Assembly (NCBI GenBank): GCA_051942205.1
Contig: JAVECO010000014.1
Span: forward strand, 1-64,000
From: Coniocarpon cinnabarinum
Taxonomy: Eukaryota
Direction of reading: 5' to 3'
Length of the DNA: 64,000 nt
A program made the position numbers and the translations under genes. How positions within the stretch are numbered: the first letter of the stretch is position 1; the number at the start of each line of letters is the position of its first letter. Below the pieces are notes generated by a model. That model saw only the letters and a program-made list of their open reading frames with translations, searched no databases and was not told the origin of the DNA. Shown here piece after piece: positions 59,150 to 64,000 of the stretch.

Positions 59150-60751
59150 TCACGTCACTGGCTTTTCCCATGTCGTTCGTCTCACTTTTAGTACATTCGA
59201 CTGCTTGTGAGGGAATGTCACCTCGCCCTCTTTGAAGAAACCGAGCTCTTGACAATAATTCAGCAATTTGGCGTTGTCGACCCGAGGTTCCATCATCACT
59301 GTATTGGTGCGCATGTCTGCCAACCAACAAAAGTGGATAAGAGCTGAAAGCCATATCCGGACTCGGTTTGGGCCGCGAAACTCTTGCTCGCCAACCAGGA
59401 CATGCAAACCACGATCCCAATCATCGACAGCACCTCCGAGGTACATCCCCAATCTGTCTTCCTTGACCCAATAAATTTCAAAGAAACCAAAGGGCTTGCC
59501 ATCCCAACACCCGATTACGGGGAAGCTGTGCTTACTTTGCAAACCTTGCTTGAGAAACTCTTCTTGGTGGCGTTCAGGGCCCTGTTCGCCCCATGAGTGC
59601 GAAACCCGAGGGTCATTCATCCATTTATGCAAGAGCTGAAGATCATTCTCCACGTCAAGATCTAGCGACCCCATCGACGAGACTATGGTGTCAGGCAAGC
59701 TGGCGTGACGACTTTGTAGGCTCGGCAGAAGCGAGTGACTCGATTGTATGGACCATGGACCTTGTCTGGACGGCGCCTTGGATGAGATTGACGCAACACG
59801 GAATGAAAGGTACTGTCCTACACTTGGCACATATCTACAGTAGAAGGTCTCGCCCTGCCGAAATGGCTTCGGCCGAATCGGATGTCGGATGCCATTGGTG
59901 AATGTGAATTGTGTCGGATGAGGTGGGTAATAGGTCGGTAAATGGCTGCTTGATGCAAAGGGCCCGAATTGACCGGGACTTTGGGCCCCACTAGGCATCT
60001 GAATACTGGGCGAGTCTCTTCCCGTGGCACGATTTGGAGAGCCTGGCCGGGACGAAATGGGCGTTCCTACAGCGGCTGGTATCGCTGAATTGGGGACTGG
60101 CTCCAGCGTGAAGAGGAAAATTCGAGGATCCATCTGCCAAAAGGCTCTACGACTGACAAACATGTCATGATAACTGGCGTTGTATTTCTGAGCGGTCGAA
60201 AGACCAACGCTCGAGTCTTCGCAGGTAATCAAGCCCATTCGTGTCAGCTTCGTCAGCATAGTTGCGCTGCCAAATATGCCCTCACGGTTGATGTTTATTA
60301 TCCATTCACCTTTGGGCCGACCCTCGTGTACGGTGTTCTCACAAGCCTTCGTGAGCATGTGAGGTTCCGGCTCAGGTTGATGAAAGTACCACCACAAGGT
60401 GGACCACAGCATCATAGCAATCTGCCTCGTCTGCGAGACCGGCGGTTTGTATTCATTGGTACTAGGGTTCGAGATTGCTGATATAAACATGTGATCATTA
60501 CGAAGAGTGGGGCGCTTATAGCGGTGGACATGGTGTTGCTTTCTGTGCGCTTCTGTATCTAGCGGTGGATCATGAGCTTCAAGTTTACGACCGTCACTCT
60601 CATCATCTTCTTCACTGAGCATAACAGTCCATCCTGGAGGGAAGGTGGACTTATGCAAGGCTAGCTCGTTAGGCCTGAACGATAAGCCGCCAAAGACGGG
60701 AGTGACTGTAAGTGTTTGACCATTTGGTAAGTGCACTGATGACGGTGCCAT
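59150..60751 (-). CDS. sidL: siderophore-biosynthesis GNAT acyltransferase (IucB/AlcB domain), SidL-like
   Basis: VHLPNGQTLTVTPVFGG N-terminus; HPIRPKP, YCRYVP, LLHKWMNDPRV, FEIYWVKED, DRGLHVLVGE, MEPRVDN, FPHKQS. SidL rather than SidF is assigned from recalled N-terminal similarity and the absence of an adjacent NRPS. Confidence 0.85.
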   Translation of the reverse strand: MAPSSVHLPNGQTLTVTPVFGGLSFRPNELALHKSTFPPGWTVMLSEEDDESDGRKLEAHDPPLDTEAHRKQHHVHRYKRPTLRNDHMFISAISNPSTNEYKPPVSQTRQIAMMLWSTLWWYFHQPEPEPHMLTKACENTVHEGRPKGEWIININREGIFGSATMLTKLTRMGLITCEDSSVGLSTAQKYNASYHDMFVSRRAFWQMDPRIFLFTLEPVPNSAIPAAVGTPISSRPGSPNRATGRDSPSIQMPSGAQSPGQFGPFASSSHLPTYYPPHPTQFTFTNGIRHPIRPKPFRQGETFYCRYVPSVGQYLSFRVASISSKAPSRQGPWSIQSSHSLLPSLQSRHASLPDTIVSSMGSLDLDVENDLQLLHKWMNDPRVSHSWGEQGPERHQEEFLKQGLQSKHSFPVIGCWDGKPFGFFEIYWVKEDRLGMYLGGAVDDWDRGLHVLVGEQEFRGPNRVRIWLSALIHFCWLADMRTNTVMMEPRVDNAKLLNYCQELGFFKEGEVTFPHKQSNVLKVRRTTWEKPVT

Positions 60752-61073
60752 TGCTTGAGTATGCACATAAATTGCCGCTATCAGCTCGCGGGTTGTCCTG
60801 CAATTCAGTCAAACAGTATAGGTTTTCTCGTCCCGCTTCTGTTTGCGATAGCGGCGCAAGCACGAGTCATGTCCGCCAAGTTTGGTCAAATCTGAGGCCT
60901 TCAATTTGAGGCAAACCTCACCTTCGAAGCCTCCATCACGTGCGTGACTATATGTTTTTCTCATTTACCTGTCAATTGGTGCAGCGTCCCCTGCCATTCA
61001 TCATCGAAGCATGGCTTAGCACAGCATCGCAGAGCCTCAGTGCTCGCTACAGGTAATCCTAATTAATAGACTT

Positions 61074-62186
61074 ATGGCAATCGACACCACACGCTACTCC
61101 TACCTCTTCTTCCGCACGCTCTACCTCTCAGCCTATATCCTCTTCTTCGTAGCACTCGTAGGTCTCCTCGCCGTCACACCCGGCGACCATATCTACCAAA
61201 CCGTCTCCAACCATAAAATTGGCAATGTCTTTGTCGTTGGCGGCTCCTACCTCCTCACCGCCCTCATCGCCGTCTTCATTTACGCCTCCCGCCTGTACAC
61301 CAATCGCACGACTCTCGCAGCGATCCCGAAGCCGTACCTCCCAATTGAAGAGGGCGAGGTCAGTCGTGCGGTCCGGAAAATGATCGTGCGGAATCGAGAG
61401 CGCAGTGCGCTGGTGCTCTTGCAGACGAAGCCGCGCAAGGATCCGGTCAATGTCAAGGAACCCACGGAGGAAGGCGGAGTCTCTCGTCGAAGCACTGATA
61501 GCAGTCGAGGTAAATCGACCAAAGGCAAGGCGAATTCAAATCTCCCACGAAACCGTGTCCTCGAGATTGATCCTACGAATCCGCCATGGGGCATAATTGT
61601 GCATCCCGGCTGGTCCGCCCCAGACTCAGCTGATCTGCCCGACTTCCAATTCAGCACCGTCGTCTCCGAACTCCCGAATCTACTCGAAGCCCGCGCCGTC
61701 TCACTGGCACCGCCGGACCCGGCTTTCAATTTCATCGCACAGGGTGTGCAAGCCCCGCCGGATCCGAGCATAGTCGCGAAACTTCAACGCAAAAACGCGC
61801 AAGGGCTGAGGCAGTATCTCGGGCATTTAGTGGGCATTGGTGTACTTATGGACGAAGGACTCGTGGAGGAGTTTCTAGGAATGTACGAGCAGGCGCGGTT
61901 TTCGACGCAGGCGATGACGGAGGAGGAATTCCGGGCGCTAATGGCGTGCTTTTCGGAACTGTTGGTGAAGATGGGAGAGGCGGATGCGGCGGTGGCGGCG
62001 GTGGCGGAAAGAAGTGGGAGCGGGAAGAAGGAGAGCTCGGAGGGGACGGAGGAGACGGAGGAGTCATCGGATGTGGGATCCGTTCGAAAGATGCGTGTGG
62101 TCAGGAATGGGGAGGATGCTGCAAGTGTGGCGAGTTTGGATTCGTCGGCTAGTGTCATTAGGCATGTTGCTCGTGAGCCGGGCTGA
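61074..62186 (+). CDS. DLT1: defect at low temperature protein 1
   Basis: Two N-terminal TM helices around TPGD, then SRLYTNRTTLAAIPKPYLPI, WGIIVHPGWS, ELPNLLEARAVSL, YEQARFS. Confidence 0.85.
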   Translation: MAIDTTRYSYLFFRTLYLSAYILFFVALVGLLAVTPGDHIYQTVSNHKIGNVFVVGGSYLLTALIAVFIYASRLYTNRTTLAAIPKPYLPIEEGEVSRAVRKMIVRNRERSALVLLQTKPRKDPVNVKEPTEEGGVSRRSTDSSRGKSTKGKANSNLPRNRVLEIDPTNPPWGIIVHPGWSAPDSADLPDFQFSTVVSELPNLLEARAVSLAPPDPAFNFIAQGVQAPPDPSIVAKLQRKNAQGLRQYLGHLVGIGVLMDEGLVEEFLGMYEQARFSTQAMTEEEFRALMACFSELLVKMGEADAAVAAVAERSGSGKKESSEGTEETEESSDVGSVRKMRVVRNGEDAASVASLDSSASVIRHVAREPG

Positions 62187-63032
62187 ATGAGTTGAATTTC
62201 ATCAAAACGTAATATCAGTACGTCTAAGCTCACACCGTGACACATGCGTAATATGTGAGCTCGAGAAGATAAGAGCGGCGTAAGGAATGGGACCTGATCC
62301 TAACAGGTGGCAAAAATCTCGAGCAAGCACGTTTGCAGCAGGGACGGCAAACTAACAGGCACACGATCGTGGTATGGGCGAGCAAAGCAGAGCAGCTATT
62401 CGCGGGCTTCAGGTCGCCCGAAACGCACACCAGGATGGGCACACAGCCTTATGAGCAGCCAGGGAAAGAAGCGGCGGCAAGTCGCCATAGATAGACACGT
62501 GCAGCGAACCTGGAGGCGAGTATGCGTCAGCAGTTGCTCAGAATACTGAGATGGAGCAGCATTGATGTGTTCACTCAAATCAGACAAATTGTAAAAGTCG
62601 ACATATGGCTTTGGCCATCCGTAGTCTAACATCTTTATTTTCTTGAATATTCATCAAAGCAACAACCGACGTGCAATCACAAGGGAAATGAGGCTGGCGT
62701 GACTTACCACAAATGATGCAAGTCGATGTTGCGGACATTCGATGCCCGTGATGTGGGTTGAAGCATGATTGCCATGTCGTGCAAGCGCTACAAGCGTGAT
62801 GAAGCATAGTGTGAAAATAAGTTTTTGAGATTTCTTCGGAAGTTCACGTCTGTTGCTAAGGTGTACATCCCCCAAACGCTTTCGCTTGATGCTAGGTACA
62901 ATTGTGCGTGCTGATGCGCTGGACCCAAAAAGGGGCGCGCCATCTTGACAGGTGATGTGCTCTCTCGCAGTTTGTCCATATGGTTGACGTTGCGGATGAC
63001 ACAACGATCGAGCTCGATGGGCACTGCGCTGT

Positions 63033-63672
63033 TTATCTCAGCTGTTTGAACAGCTTAGGGGCGGCGCATTGAGAGATGCAGTGTGTGTACTCGAAAACTG
63101 TAGCTCACGAATTAGTCTAGAGGTAACTCGTGCTGATTCCTGAAGCTCGTAGCCGCAACAATGTTCGGATGGCTTCGGCAATACTTACACTCTTCAACAC
63201 AGTCTTCTTTTGGTCCCAGTGTCTTCCGCTCCTCTTCATCAGCATCATTCCATCTCGTCACACGAGCGGAGCAGTCTTCAAATTCGTCCTTGGCGTGATT
63301 ACATGCGGGAGTTTTGGCGCACTCTGCCAGCATGTCAGCTTTTTATTGCTCACGATCTTACGCTCAAGCCGGCGATCAAAATGCGTCGAACAACAGTATG
63401 CCAGAACGCGTCGCTGTCGGATCTAAGTACTCACCCTCTTGAATCTTCGGCATAGGATCCTCGGGCTCCTCTTCCTCTTCCTCTTCTTCTTCCTCCTCCT
63501 CCTCTTCCTCATCTGCGCCGCCAGCACCGGCATCGTCGCCGCTCTCGTCATCACCGCCGCCTTGAGCTTCATCGCCTCCCTCTTGGCCTTCATCGCCGCC
63601 CTCCTCTTCAGGCGGCTCCTCAGCGTAGGCTTCGCTGGTGAAGAAGGAGGTAAGGGTATCGAGTAAGGTCAT
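63033..63672 (-). CDS. QCR6: cytochrome bc1 complex subunit 6 (hinge protein)
   Basis: Exons 63672-63435, 63323-63189, 63097-63033. Poly-Glu N-terminus, EDPMPKIQEECAKTPAC...FEDCSARV...EDCVEEFFEYTHCISQCAAPKLFKQLR*. Confidence 0.95.
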
Positions 63673-64000
63673 GGTCGCGGATGCTCGGATACTCCGAAGA
63701 AGCAACGACGAGAGGAATGACAGCCAAGTTTCAACTCAGCTGCGTCGTATTAGATGGAAAGTTTCGAAGCTAGATTGGGACTGCCGGCGCAGGATTAGCT
63801 ATTGAGGATGCAAGCTAGATTTGCAGGAGACTTCGATCTGGCAACATTTCCTAAGTAGGTAGTTAGATATCCAAGTTCATCTCTTAATTGTCATTGGGAC
63901 TTCTTATACAACTTGCCTCATATTCCAGGCACCTTTCACGTGTCAATGTTTACTTGGTGTATCTCGAATTCGATATTTCTCAAGCTGCACTTTTCAGACC

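Noticed and set aside
54236..63672. Apparent iron/mitochondrial cluster (FLVCR-like MFS, aldolase, SidL, QCR6)
   Set aside because: No NRPS, ornithine monooxygenase or shared regulatory motif seen. SidL-type genes are known to lie outside siderophore clusters, so this looks like an ordinary housekeeping neighbourhood.
1..64000. CRISPR arrays, rRNA, TPP riboswitch, autonomous transposon ORFs
   Set aside because: No repeat-spacer periodicity, rRNA-like sequence, TPP aptamer consensus, or transposase/RT motifs seen by eye.

Overview
Eukaryotic DNA from a filamentous ascomycete (Pezizomycotina). It is gene-dense, with short GT-AG introns and CTRAY-type branch points, so the six-frame ORF track fragments many genes; I rebuilt exon structures by hand. 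About 20 protein-coding genes are supported: a Yippee/Mis18-like CxxC protein, a Zn2Cys6 transcription factor, an 80-aa Cys-rich protein, CAC2, ATG18, a TBC Rab-GAP, a ZZ/EF-hand protein, a C2H2 protein, RPL26, an SDR, THR4, a 'gp1-like' conserved protein, a putative amidoligase, an SLN1-type hybrid histidine kinase, a twin-CX9C protein, an FLVCR-like MFS transporter, an RraA/HMG-aldolase, a SidL-like acyltransferase, DLT1 and QCR6. Three things stand out. (1) A ~12 kb island (37.4-49.8 kb) holds one intact orphan COOH-NH2-ligase/amidoligase gene among decayed genes, including a ~450-bp tandem array with a residual codon signature and a possible HeLo-like relic. (2) A 413-bp TA-flanked MITE with ~100-bp TIRs and a RIP-like signature sits 56 bp upstream of a start codon. 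(3) A 766-nt intron splits a zinc-binding domain and carries internal splice sites that would create an immediate stop codon. I found no tRNA, rRNA or CRISPR. I cannot demonstrate a new multi-gene system from sequence alone; all family calls come from motif recognition, not database searches.
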